From a bacterium (lineage in GTDB: Bacteria > Hinthialibacterota > Hinthialibacteria > Hinthialibacterales > Hinthialibacteraceae), in the NCBI GenBank assembly GCA_041946805.1, contig JBHGBC010000143.1, forward strand, positions 1-16,045: a DNA stretch of 16,045 bases. Direction: 5' to 3'. The first letter of the stretch is position 1; the number at the start of each line of letters is the position of its first letter. The notes below the pieces were generated by a model. The model was not told the DNA's origin, made no database searches, and saw only the letters and a list, made by a program, of their open reading frames with translations. Position numbers and translations under genes: made by a program. Positions 1 to 9,201 of this stretch are shown in pieces.

Positions 1-134
1 TCGCCCCGCGCGTACGAACCGAAGACCACGAAGCGGACCAATCCGGGGCCGAACCTCTCCCCCAGCCGTTTTTTGAGTTCATACACGGCCGGCGGCAGAA
101 CGCGGGATGAAGGGGGGCCGATTGGTTTGTTCAT
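1..134 (-). CDS. Minimal nucleotidyltransferase (MNT / NTP_transf_2-like) protein, N-terminal part only; runs off the window edge; probable antitoxin of an MNT-HEPN pair
   Basis: Not in the ORF track. Manual translation from ATG at 134 gives MNKPIGPPSSRVLPPAVYELKKRLGERFGPGLVRFVVFGSYARG(D/E), which carries the hFGSxARG motif of Pol-beta superfamily minimal nucleotidyltransferases. No partner gene is visible in the window. Confidence 0.8.
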   Translation of the reverse strand, partial: MNKPIGPPSSRVLPPAVYELKKRLGERFGPGLVRFVVFGSYARG

Positions 135-172
135 GGTTAATCCCTACTATTGAGGTATTACTCACCCCTTTA

Positions 173-243
173 TTCTACACCAATCCCAGCCGCTCGAAGA
201 TCAAGTCGATGTTCATCAGCGTCCCCTCCAGGTCGAAGCCTTC
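173..243 (-). repeat. Displaced duplicate of the purB 3' end (att-like direct repeat, copy 1)
   Basis: ttctacaccaatcccagccgctcgaagatcaagtcgatgttcatcagcgtcccctccaggtcgaagccttc matches 987..1057 at 69/71 positions (mismatches 215/1029 and 240/1054). It encodes EGFDLEGTLMNIDLIFERLGLV* versus ECFDLEGTLKNIDLIFERLGLV* in purB. Confidence 0.97.
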
Positions 244-288
244 TTGGAACACTCCTATCTGTTATTTATGATATTGGCTTTCAAGAAG

Positions 289-316
289 TTGTGTGATACG
301 CTCCTTCTTGTAAAAT
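289..316 (+). promoter_or_regulatory. Possible sigma70-type promoter for mazEF
   Basis: TTGTGT-N16-TAAAAT in the AT-rich stretch upstream of mazE; weak match found by eye. Confidence 0.25.
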
Positions 317-384
317 ATTCAACGATCTATTTTGCGTATGCATCATAGACTGTCTTCGATCTTCCTCCAAGGAGATTGTTACTC

Positions 385-621
385 ATGAAAGCCATTATCT
401 CCAAATGGGGTGATAGTTGGGCGTTAAAAATCCCCTCCGAGTGCACCGAGAGAATGAGGATTCAAGAAGGGATGGAAGTGCGGTTATCCATTTCCGAAGG
501 CCGTTTGATTGTTGATCTCCCGCAAGGGGAAGCGACCCTGGATGCCCTGATCGACTCCATTACTCCCGAAAATCGTCACGGGGAAATGGATTGGGGTCAA
601 TCGGTTGGCCGGGAGTTTTAA
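385..621 (+). CDS. mazE: AbrB/MazE/SpoVT-family antitoxin
   Basis: N-terminus MKAIISKWGDSWALKIP (AbrB-fold KWGNS-like motif) and C-terminus LDALIDSITPENRHGEMDWGQSVGREF are typical of MazE/ChpAI. ATG 385 is preferred over TTG 376 because of the AAGGAG SD at 369-374. Lies directly upstream of the toxin. Confidence 0.92.
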   Translation: MKAIISKWGDSWALKIPSECTERMRIQEGMEVRLSISEGRLIVDLPQGEATLDALIDSITPENRHGEMDWGQSVGREF

Positions 622-623
622 GC

Positions 624-968
624 ATGGGGTATGAATTTGTTTATATCCCTGACCGGGGCGATTTGATTTGGTTGTCATTCACTCCCCAGGCGGGACATGA
701 GCAGGCCGGCCGGCGTCCCGCGTTAATCTTATCTCCAAGGACATACAATGAAAAAACCGGATTAGTTCGGGTATGTCCTATCACTTCCCATGTAAAAGGA
801 TATCCCTTTGAAATTCATCTGCCCGAAGAATCGATCATAAAAGATGTGATCCTTGCGGATCATGTGAAAAGCCTGGATTGGAGGGCTCGTGAAGCTGAAT
901 TCATCGAAAAAGCGCCATGGCAAATAATAGAAAATACAATAGCCAGGTTGAAACTACTTATAGAATAA
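624..968 (+). CDS. mazF: MazF/PemK-family endoribonuclease toxin
   Basis: YIPDRGDLIWLSFTPQAGHEQAGRRPALILSP...CPITSHVKGYPFE...ADHVKSLDWRAR is a classic MazF pattern. ATG 624 lies 2 nt after the mazE stop. Confidence 0.95.
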   Translation: MGYEFVYIPDRGDLIWLSFTPQAGHEQAGRRPALILSPRTYNEKTGLVRVCPITSHVKGYPFEIHLPEESIIKDVILADHVKSLDWRAREAEFIEKAPWQIIENTIARLKLLIE

Positions 969-988
969 ATTGACAGAAATCCTGGCTT

Positions 989-2284
<1,296 letters not shown>

Positions 2285-2460
2285 GCCTGCCAGCCTCCTG
2301 ATGTATTTTACGCTTCAAGAATACTCCAAGCCGGATGGTTGCCGAAGTGATCTTCAATAGTTGACATAGTCAAATACCCTTTTTTTAGAGGAGAGAAACA
2401 GATTATAATCGGGGAGGGAGAAGAAAATATCAGAATTCACCGCCGGAATGCAAATGAAAA

Positions 2461-2485
2461 GTAGGGGCACGGTGCCACGTGCCCC
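2461..2485 (+). repeat. GTAG-type REP-like palindrome (degenerate)
   Basis: gtaggggcacggtgccacgtgcccc is 23/25 identical to the first 25 nt of the perfect palindrome at 5765-5792. Confidence 0.8.
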
Positions 2486-2503
2486 GGGGTGAATTCAGGA
2501 TTT

Positions 2504-2535
2504 CCCTCACCCCGGCCCTCTCCCAAAGGGAGAGG
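2504..2535 (+). repeat. CCCTCACCC...CCCTCTCCC-type REP-like hairpin repeat
   Basis: ccctcaccccggccctctcccaaagggagagg with a cctctccc-aaa-gggagagg stem-loop. It resembles a widespread intergenic repeat form; only one copy is in the window. Confidence 0.65.
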
Positions 2536-2631
2536 AGGACCGAAGCCGGAGGGAATCACCAACGTCCACGCCAGGCCAATCCCTGGGAAAACATACGGCG
2601 CGGAGAATGATTCGATCAAGAAAGGTCTCGC

Positions 2632-4065
2632 ATGAAGGTTCTTTTGATACAACCGCCTGAATTTCATATGATCACCACCAACGTTCCCAGCGTGGTGGAT
2701 GAGGAGAGCGGCGCGTATCCGCCTCTCGGATTGCTCTACGTGGCGGCGTACCTGGAAAAACACACCAGCCACACGGTGGAAATTCTGGACACGATCCTGG
2801 AGCACCTGGATTACGAACAGATCGAGGATGAAATCCGGCGCCGCAAGCCGGACCTGGTCGGCATCCAGGCCATGACCTTCACCCTGATCGACGCCACGCT
2901 GACCGCCCAGGCCGTGAAGCGGGTGGACCGGACCATCCCCGTGGTCTTCGGCGGGCCCCATGTGTACATTTATCCAAACGAAACGTTGAAAATCCCCGAG
3001 GTGGATTACATCGTCGTCGGCGAAGGCGAGCACACCTTCACCCACCTTGTGGATACGTTGGCCGAAGGGAAAGACCTGACGGCAGTGAACGGCATCGGGT
3101 ACCGGGACAAAGGAGAAATCCAATTGACACCCCTGGTCCCGCTCAACACCCATCTCGACGACTTGCCCATGCCGGCCCGCCATCTGGTGCCCCAGGACCG
3201 CTATTACTCGGTGTTGGCCAAGGAAGTCCCCATCACCACCATGATGACTAGCCGGGGCTGCCCGATGCAGTGCATCTTCTGCGACCGGCCTCATTTGGGC
3301 AAGCAGTTCCGCTACCGCGGGCCGCAAAACGTGGTCGATGAGATGGAAGCCTGCGAGAAGATGGGCATCCGGGAAATTTTCGTGTACGACGATACCTTCA
3401 CCATCCGGCGCGACCGGGTGTTGGAAATCTGCCGCCAGAAAGTCGAGCGGGGATTGAAGATCCAGTGGGACATCCGCGCCCATATCAATACCATTACCGA
3501 CGAGGTGCTGGACGCGTTGGCGGCGGCGGGCTGCTCGCGGATCCATTACGGCGTGGAAGCGGGAACCAAGGAAATCACCAAGGTCCTGAAGAAAGGCATC
3601 GACCTGGACCGGACCCGCGAGATCTTCACCAAAACCAAAGGCCGGGGCATTACCACCTTGGGGTATTTCATGATCGGCAATCCCGGCGAGACCAAGGAAC
3701 AGGCGCTCGAGACCATCGAGTTCGCCCGGAAACTGGACGCTGATTTCATCCACCTCTCGGTGGCGACGCCGTTCCCCGCCACGGAACTGTACCGCATGGG
3801 CTTCGAGCGGGGGCTTTACAAGCAAGATTACTGGCGGGAATTCGCCCGCAATCCCCGGCTTGATTTCCAGCCGGAACTGTGGGAAGAAGTGATGACCCGC
3901 GGCGAGCTGATCAACCTCATGCAGTGGGGATACCGCCGCTATTACATGCGCGCGGGCTATATCATGAAGCGGGTGTTGGAACTGCGCAGCTGGGGCGAGT
4001 TCCGGCGCAAGGCGCGGGCGGGACTCCGGCTGCTGTCGTGGGGCTCCAAGGCCCGGGCGGTGTGA
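2632..4065 (+). CDS. Cobalamin (B12)-binding domain radical SAM protein
   Basis: N-terminal B12-binding domain (YPPLGLLYVAAYL, PDLVGI, VVFGGPH, VDYIVVGEGE), CxxxCxxC motif in TSRGCPMQCIFC, plus VYDDTF, GVEAG and FMIGNPGET. Confidence 0.93.
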   Translation: MKVLLIQPPEFHMITTNVPSVVDEESGAYPPLGLLYVAAYLEKHTSHTVEILDTILEHLDYEQIEDEIRRRKPDLVGIQAMTFTLIDATLTAQAVKRVDRTIPVVFGGPHVYIYPNETLKIPEVDYIVVGEGEHTFTHLVDTLAEGKDLTAVNGIGYRDKGEIQLTPLVPLNTHLDDLPMPARHLVPQDRYYSVLAKEVPITTMMTSRGCPMQCIFCDRPHLGKQFRYRGPQNVVDEMEACEKMGIREIFVYDDTFTIRRDRVLEICRQKVERGLKIQWDIRAHINTITDEVLDALAAAGCSRIHYGVEAGTKEITKVLKKGIDLDRTREIFTKTKGRGITTLGYFMIGNPGETKEQALETIEFARKLDADFIHLSVATPFPATELYRMGFERGLYKQDYWREFARNPRLDFQPELWEEVMTRGELINLMQWGYRRYYMRAGYIMKRVLELRSWGEFRRKARAGLRLLSWGSKARAV

Positions 4066-4148
4066 AGTCCAGGAGAAAAATTGAAAGGCTTTTGATGGAT
4101 TATGCGATATCGCGCCAACCCGTCTTTTATTTTATAAAACCTTCTATC

Positions 4149-4226
4149 AGGATTTCTCCAAAGGAGGGGATCCAGAATGATTTCTTGCCGGATTCCCGCC
4201 TTCATCCCATCCCACGCGGGGATGCC
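4149..4226. repeat. Degenerate inverted pair of CGTC/dRS3-like REP units
   Basis: The left unit ends aaggaggggatccag (4161-4175). The right unit is ccggattcccgccttc[atcccatcccac]gcggggatgcc; without the bracketed 12 nt it is 22/27 identical to 5815-5841. Confidence 0.55.
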
Positions 4227-4340
4227 CTTTCGCTCCATGCGATGGGCGATTGGAAAAAAAACGACTTCGGCAATGAATCAGGTAACAGCCGCAACCTTCT
4301 GGCTCAGGCGGCTTGTGCCCGGGTGGTGTTCCTTATTTTT

Positions 4341-4961
4341 TCATTTTTTCCCGGTGTTTTCGTTGTTCATGAATCCCGGGCCGGCGAAGTAGATGTCCCC
4401 CCGGCTGTTGAGGCCGTTGCTGGCTTCGAAAGCCATGCCGGCGGAATCGAAGTCGGCTTCGGGCCGCTTGTCGGGACCTTGGGAATACCAATAATAGCGG
4501 GTGTCTTGGGGCAGGGGAATGGTTTCGATAGCCCGGGTCAGCCATCCCCAATGATCCAAGCCCGGCTTGGCGATCCAGATATCGTAGGTCCTGTATTTCC
4601 AGGATCCATTGGTCTGGGTGACCACGCTCAAGCCATTGGGGAGGTCCGTGTCTCCGAACGGATCCACGGGGAACCCGCTGATATACGAGGTCGGCGTCGT
4701 CAGGGCTTTCCAGCGGTTCTCCAACGGGCTGTTCCCGCCGAACTTGGGCGTGACCAAGTCAATGTAGGGATAATCGTTGTTATCCAGGCGGTACATTTCC
4801 ATGGCCATGCCATAGGAACGGGAATCACTGTACACCCGCGCGATCTTAGCCCGCGTCTGCGCGTTCAGAAAATTCGGCACCGCGATGGCCGCCAGGATTC
4901 CGATGATGGCCACGACGATAAGCAATTCGATCAGGGTAAAACCCGCTTTTGAGGTTGGCAT
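4341..4961 (-). CDS. Prepilin-type N-terminal cleavage/methylation domain protein (GspG/pilin-like)
   Basis: MPTSKAG|FTLIELLIVVAIIGILAAIAVPNFLNAQ is a class III signal with G|F and E5; later YRLDNNDYP, PVDPF and YSQGPD motifs. ATG 4961 has a GGAGG SD. Confidence 0.92.
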   Translation of the reverse strand: MPTSKAGFTLIELLIVVAIIGILAAIAVPNFLNAQTRAKIARVYSDSRSYGMAMEMYRLDNNDYPYIDLVTPKFGGNSPLENRWKALTTPTSYISGFPVDPFGDTDLPNGLSVVTQTNGSWKYRTYDIWIAKPGLDHWGWLTRAIETIPLPQDTRYYWYSQGPDKRPEADFDSAGMAFEASNGLNSRGDIYFAGPGFMNNENTGKK

Positions 4962-5297
4962 TTTTCTATTCCTCCCCAAGGAATAATCGCTTTATTACTT
5001 TAACAAATAAATTTCATCAAGAAAAGATGGATTGACGCGAATTCTGAAATAACCCGGTTGGGACCATTAAAATCCAAGGTTCAGAGCAGGCGTTGTTCCG
5101 GCCGGGCTTTTTGAACCCTCTCCGTCCAATAAACAACCCTGAAAGAGCCCCGGCCCCGGAGGGAAGCCTATTCTTGAGACCTGCCATTGAAGACAGATCA
5201 GCACAAGAGGCTTACGGCCCTGGAGGACGCCTTCCGCCTGAGGGCGGCCTCGGGAATAATTTAGATGGCTCTATGAATCCATGAAGAAGGTGTGAAG

Positions 5298-5531
5298 ATG
5301 GATACATACCGCTTTCAAGTCATTATCGAGCAAGACGAGGATGGCTTTTTTGTCGCTGATGTTCCCGCCCTTCCAGATTGCCATACGCAAGGGAAATCTT
5401 TGGAAGAAGCTTTGGATAATATCCAGGAAGTGATCCGAATGTGCGTCCAAGAGCTGCGGGAAGAAGGCAAACCGGTACAACCGCATTACCCCGAAATATT
5501 TGGTATCAAAACGCTCGAGATTGCCGTGTGA
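5298..5531 (+). CDS. hicB: HicB-family antitoxin (short, RNase H-like domain only), orphan
   Basis: YRFQVIIEQDEDGFFVADVPALPDCHTQGKSLEEALDNIQEVI is the HicB signature. ATG 5298 follows AGAAGGTG; GTG 5292 is an alternative start. Confidence 0.88.
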   Translation: MDTYRFQVIIEQDEDGFFVADVPALPDCHTQGKSLEEALDNIQEVIRMCVQELREEGKPVQPHYPEIFGIKTLEIAV

Positions 5532-5605
5532 ATCCTCCATTCCTTTTCTATTCCGCCGTGATTTCCCCAAAAAATGACCAGGATCCGCCACTCCTTTCTT
5601 CGCGA

Positions 5606-5633
5606 CGTCATCCCCGCGTTAGCGGGGATCCAG
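5606..5633 (+). repeat. CGTC-type / dRS3-like REP unit
   Basis: cgtcatccccgcgttagcggggatccag: a CGTC tag followed by an ATCCCC-N8-GGGGAT palindrome. Confidence 0.8.
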
Positions 5634-5764
5634 GAGGATGTGATATTGCCTTCCTGATCCGCGGGGAAAATGTACCCCATTCCTCCGGAGTGAGGGAAAG
5701 CCTTGATACCCAGGATTACGCCTCATTCCATTTCACGCTCACCGGTTCCCATTCACCTGCATTG

Positions 5765-5792
5765 GTAGGGGCACGTTGCAACGTGCCCCTAC
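5765..5792. repeat. GTAG-type REP, perfect 28-bp palindrome
   Basis: gtaggggcacgttgcaacgtgcccctac is its own reverse complement. Confidence 0.9.
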
Positions 5793-5814
5793 GGGTAACG
5801 ATCCTGGATGAATT

Positions 5815-5841
5815 CTGGATCTCCGCCTTCGCGGGGCTGAC
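5815..5841 (-). repeat. CGTC-type / dRS3-like REP unit, inverted relative to 5607-5633
   Basis: Its reverse complement gtcagccccgcgaaggcggagatccag is 22/27 identical to 5607-5633. Confidence 0.75.
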
Positions 5842-5950
5842 CTCCTTGGGAAATCCGTTGAGGGATGATCATCCAGGGAGCGGCTTTCTGGCGGGCTACG
5901 CCGTCGTTGTCATGAACCGGCCCGGCGGAAGCCTCGCCCTCCCGGATGGC

Positions 5951-5994
5951 TCAATAAATCCGGGGGGACAATCTTCACGGATCATCCCCCCGGA
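5951..5994 (-). terminator. Probable intrinsic terminator of ppdK
   Basis: Perfect 10-bp stem tccgggggga (5959-5968) / tccccccgga (5985-5994) with a 16-nt loop, followed on the minus strand by TTTATT, about 36 nt after the ppdK stop. Confidence 0.55.
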
Positions 5995-6030
5995 ACGGAT
6001 TCATACAGATAAGGGTAATCTTACTCCGTC

Positions 6031-8751
6031 TTACTTCTTCTCCCGCGCCACGGCGCGCGCGGCCGAATGGCGGGCGATGGGCACGCGGAAGGGCGAGCAG
6101 GAAACGTAGGTCAATCCCACCCGGTGGCAGAACTCGACGGATTCCGGGTCCCCGCCGTGCTCGCCGCAAATCCCCAGTTTGATGTCCTTGCGGGTCTTGC
6201 GGCCGCGTTCGACGGCGATCTGGATCAGCTCGCCGATCCCTTCCTGGTCAAGGGAATTGAACGGATCACAGGGCAGGATCTTCTTGTCCACGTACACGGG
6301 AAGGAATCCGCCCGCGTCGTCGCGGCTGAAACCAAATCCCATCTGCGTCAGGTCGTTGGTTCCGAACGAGAAGAACTCGGCCACTTCGGCGATCTTGCCG
6401 GCCACCAGACAGGCCCGCGGAATCTCGATCATGGTCCCGAACATGTAGGGGATCTTCTTGAGGCCGGCCGCGGCGGCGACTTCATCGTGCACCCGCTTGC
6501 AGATCGCCTGCATGTCGGTGAGTTCGCCGACCAGGCCGACGACCGGGATCATGATCTCGGGCAGGGGCTTCTGCTTGGCCTGGATCAATTCCGCGCTCGC
6601 TTCCAGAATGGCGCGGATCTGCATTTCGGAAATTTCCGGATAGGTGATGCCCAACCGCACCCCGCGGTGGCCCATCATGGGATTGGACTCGTGGAGGGAT
6701 TCGGAACGGCGTTCGAATTCGGCTGGGGTGATGCCCAATTCGCCGCACAGTTTCTGGATCTCGGCCTTCTCTTTGGGAACGAATTCATGGAGGGGCGGAT
6801 CCAGTAACCGGATGGTCACGGGCAACCCGTTCATGGCCTCCAGGGTGTCCTTGATATCTTTCTTGACGAAGGGATAGAGTTCCTTCAGGGCCTTGACGCG
6901 CTCGTTCTCGTCCTTGGACAGGATCATCTTGCGCAGCTTGGAGAGAGGCACTTCAGCGCCCTTGCCGTAGAACATGTGCTCCGTGCGGAAGAGGCCGATG
7001 CCCTCGGCGCCGAACTTGAGGGCGGTGCGGGCGTCCTCGGCGGTGTCGGCGTTGGTGCGCACCTTGAGGGTGCGGACGGAGTCGCAGATCTTCATGAATT
7101 CGTTGAAGAATTCATTCTCCTCGGCGGCGTCGATGAGGGGCAGCCGGCCTTCATAAACATACCCCTTGGTCCCGTTGAGGGTGATCCAATCGCCCGCCTT
7201 CAGTTTTACGCCGTTGGACGAGAGGATTTTTTTCTTGTAATCGATTTCGAGGCCGCCGGCGCCGACGATGCAGCACATGCCCCAGCCGCGGGCCACCAGG
7301 GCGGCGTGGCTGGTCATGCCCCCGCGGGCCGTCAGGATCCCCACCGCCGCGCGCATGCCTTCCACGTCCTCGGGATTGGTCTCTTCCCGTACCAGGATGA
7401 CCTTCTTGCCCTCCTTGGCCAACGCTACCGCTTCCTCGGCCGAAAAAACGATCTGGCCGCATGCGCCCCCGGGTCCGGCGGGAAGCCCCTTGGCGAAGAC
7501 CTTGGTTTTCTTCTCCTGGACGGGATCGACGACGGGGTGCAGCAACTCATCCAGCTGGCCGGGCGAGACGCGCAACACGGCGGTTTCCTTGGTGATCAGG
7601 CGCGCCTTGCACATTTCGACGGCCATGCGCACCGCGGCGGGACCGTTGCGCTTGCCCACGCGGCACTGCAGCATCCAGAGCTTGCCCTCCTGGATGGTGA
7701 ACTCGATGTCGAGCATGTCCGTGTAATGCTTCTCGAGTTTCTTGCGGATGTCGTCGAGCTGCTTGTAGAGTTTGGGATACAGTTCTTCGAGCGACGCGAG
7801 ATGGGCGCTCTGCTCGGTTTTGCCGTACACGTTCAAGGGATTGGGAGTACGGATGCCGGCGACGACGTCTTCGCCCTGGGCGTTCGGCAGCCATTCACCG
7901 TAGAATTGATTCTCGCCGGTGGCCGGGTTGCGCGTGAACGCCACGCCCGTGGCCGAATCATCGCCCATGTTGCCGAAGACCATGGCCTGCACATTGACCG
8001 CGGTGCCCCAATCGTGGGGTATCTTTTCGATTTCCCGGTAGGACACGGCGCGCTTGCCGTTCCAGGATTGGAAGACGGCGTTGATGCTCCCCCACAACTG
8101 GGCGTTGGGATCGTCCGGGAATTCCTTGCCCAGCACCTTCTTCACTTTTTCCTTGTAAATCTTGCTCAACTGCTGGAGGTCCTCCGCGGTCAGGCCGGTG
8201 TCGTTCTTCACGCCGCGGGCCTTCTTCATCTTGTCCATTTCCGCGTCGAGCTGGGCGCGGATATTCTCGCCTTCCTTCGGTTCGAGGCCGGCCGCTTTCT
8301 CCATCACCACGTCCGAATACATGGTGATCAGGCGGCGGTACGAATCCCAGACGAAGCGGGGATTGTTGGTCTTCTGGATCAAGCCCTGGATGGTGGTCTC
8401 GTTGAGGCCCACGTTGAGGATGGTTTCCATCATGCCGGGCATCGAGCTGCGCGCACCGGAACGGACGGAGACCAGCAGGGGATTGTTGGGATCCCCAAAC
8501 TTCATCCCCATGCTCTTTTCGATTTTTTTGAGCGCGGCGTCCACTTCTCCCTTGAGCTCGGGCGGATATTTCCCCTTGTTCTTGTAATACTCGGTGCACA
8601 TCTCCGTGGTGATCGTAAACCCGGCCGGGACGGGGATCCCGAGGTTCGTCATCTCGGCCAGGTTGGCGCCCTTGCCACCCAGCAGGTTCTTCATGTCCGC
8701 GGTGCCGTCCGCTTTGCCGTCGCCGAAGAAATAGACGTTCTTTTTGCTCAT
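6031..8751 (-). CDS. ppdK: Pyruvate, phosphate dikinase
   Basis: [39 protein letters not shown], the phospho-His motif [23 protein letters not shown] and GICGEHGG; 906 aa. Confidence 0.98.
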   Translation of the reverse strand: MSKKNVYFFGDGKADGTADMKNLLGGKGANLAEMTNLGIPVPAGFTITTEMCTEYYKNKGKYPPELKGEVDAALKKIEKSMGMKFGDPNNPLLVSVRSGARSSMPGMMETILNVGLNETTIQGLIQKTNNPRFVWDSYRRLITMYSDVVMEKAAGLEPKEGENIRAQLDAEMDKMKKARGVKNDTGLTAEDLQQLSKIYKEKVKKVLGKEFPDDPNAQLWGSINAVFQSWNGKRAVSYREIEKIPHDWGTAVNVQAMVFGNMGDDSATGVAFTRNPATGENQFYGEWLPNAQGEDVVAGIRTPNPLNVYGKTEQSAHLASLEELYPKLYKQLDDIRKKLEKHYTDMLDIEFTIQEGKLWMLQCRVGKRNGPAAVRMAVEMCKARLITKETAVLRVSPGQLDELLHPVVDPVQEKKTKVFAKGLPAGPGGACGQIVFSAEEAVALAKEGKKVILVREETNPEDVEGMRAAVGILTARGGMTSHAALVARGWGMCCIVGAGGLEIDYKKKILSSNGVKLKAGDWITLNGTKGYVYEGRLPLIDAAEENEFFNEFMKICDSVRTLKVRTNADTAEDARTALKFGAEGIGLFRTEHMFYGKGAEVPLSKLRKMILSKDENERVKALKELYPFVKKDIKDTLEAMNGLPVTIRLLDPPLHEFVPKEKAEIQKLCGELGITPAEFERRSESLHESNPMMGHRGVRLGITYPEISEMQIRAILEASAELIQAKQKPLPEIMIPVVGLVGELTDMQAICKRVHDEVAAAAGLKKIPYMFGTMIEIPRACLVAGKIAEVAEFFSFGTNDLTQMGFGFSRDDAGGFLPVYVDKKILPCDPFNSLDQEGIGELIQIAVERGRKTRKDIKLGICGEHGGDPESVEFCHRVGLTYVSCSPFRVPIARHSAARAVAREKK

Positions 8752-8807
8752 GGTTCCTATCCTGTTCTCGCCTATGTTTTAAAGGGAATGGTGGGATCGG
8801 CTGATGC

Positions 8808-8836
8808 TGTCTACCAACCCAAGTTTCCAACGTCAA
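8808..8836 (-). promoter_or_regulatory. Possible sigma70-type promoter for ppdK
   Basis: Minus strand TTGACG-N17-TAGACA with a TG before the -10; the -10 match is poor. Confidence 0.3.
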
Positions 8837-9201
8837 GAAAACCGGACCGTTCCAACAAACAAGCAAACAAACATCAATTAATATCATCAAACCGTTGGTT
8901 GGGGAAGGTGCGCGTGACCGCTTTCCCCGGATTTACCGGCTGGATTGTATGCGGCCCGGTCGCGCCTCCCCCGCGGTGGGCTGCCGATTTCTCCCCAAAT
9001 CCCTTCGCCGGGATTACCATCGGCAATCCGTCGGATATACAATTTACATGGATCGAAACGTCCGGCTCCCGGGGCCGCCCGGCGGATCGGTCTCCCGGCC
9101 GTGACCGCCATCCCCGGTTCCGTTACTGCCGCCATCCCCCATCCCGGTGGGCCTGGATCCGCGGCCGCGCGGTACGCCGGAAAACCAATCGAGTGAATGG
9201 A

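Noticed and set aside
169..969. 9-bp inverted match tttattcta (169-177) / tagaataaa (961-969) near the cassette ends, considered as IS-like terminal repeats
   Set aside because: It is short and AT-rich and does not coincide with the boundaries set by the 71-bp direct repeats.
4051..4329. gcccgggcggtgt at the radical SAM gene end versus gcccgggtggtgt at 4317, considered as another gene-tail duplication
   Set aside because: Only 12/13 nt match, the sequence is GC-rich, and the match does not extend in either direction.
3879..4952. 357-aa plus-strand ORF
   Set aside because: It overlaps the radical SAM gene out of frame and is antisense to the clear prepilin gene.
5441..6109. 222-aa ORF overlapping the hicB end and containing a GSH tripeptide reminiscent of HicA
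   Set aside because: It runs through three REP palindromes, the terminator and the ppdK end, and the context around GSH does not resemble HicA, so it is likely chance. A HicA HMM search would settle it.
8852..9139. caaacaagcaaacaaaca low-complexity run and an 11-bp direct repeat ccgccatcccc (9105, 9129) in the ppdK-prfA gap
   Set aside because: Too short and low in complexity to support a function; no ncRNA or riboswitch was recognised.
6976..9201. Apparent 1099-aa ORF fusing a long N-terminal extension to RF1
   Set aside because: The extension is the antisense shadow of ppdK plus intergenic DNA in a GC-rich genome; RF1 homology begins at Met 9202.
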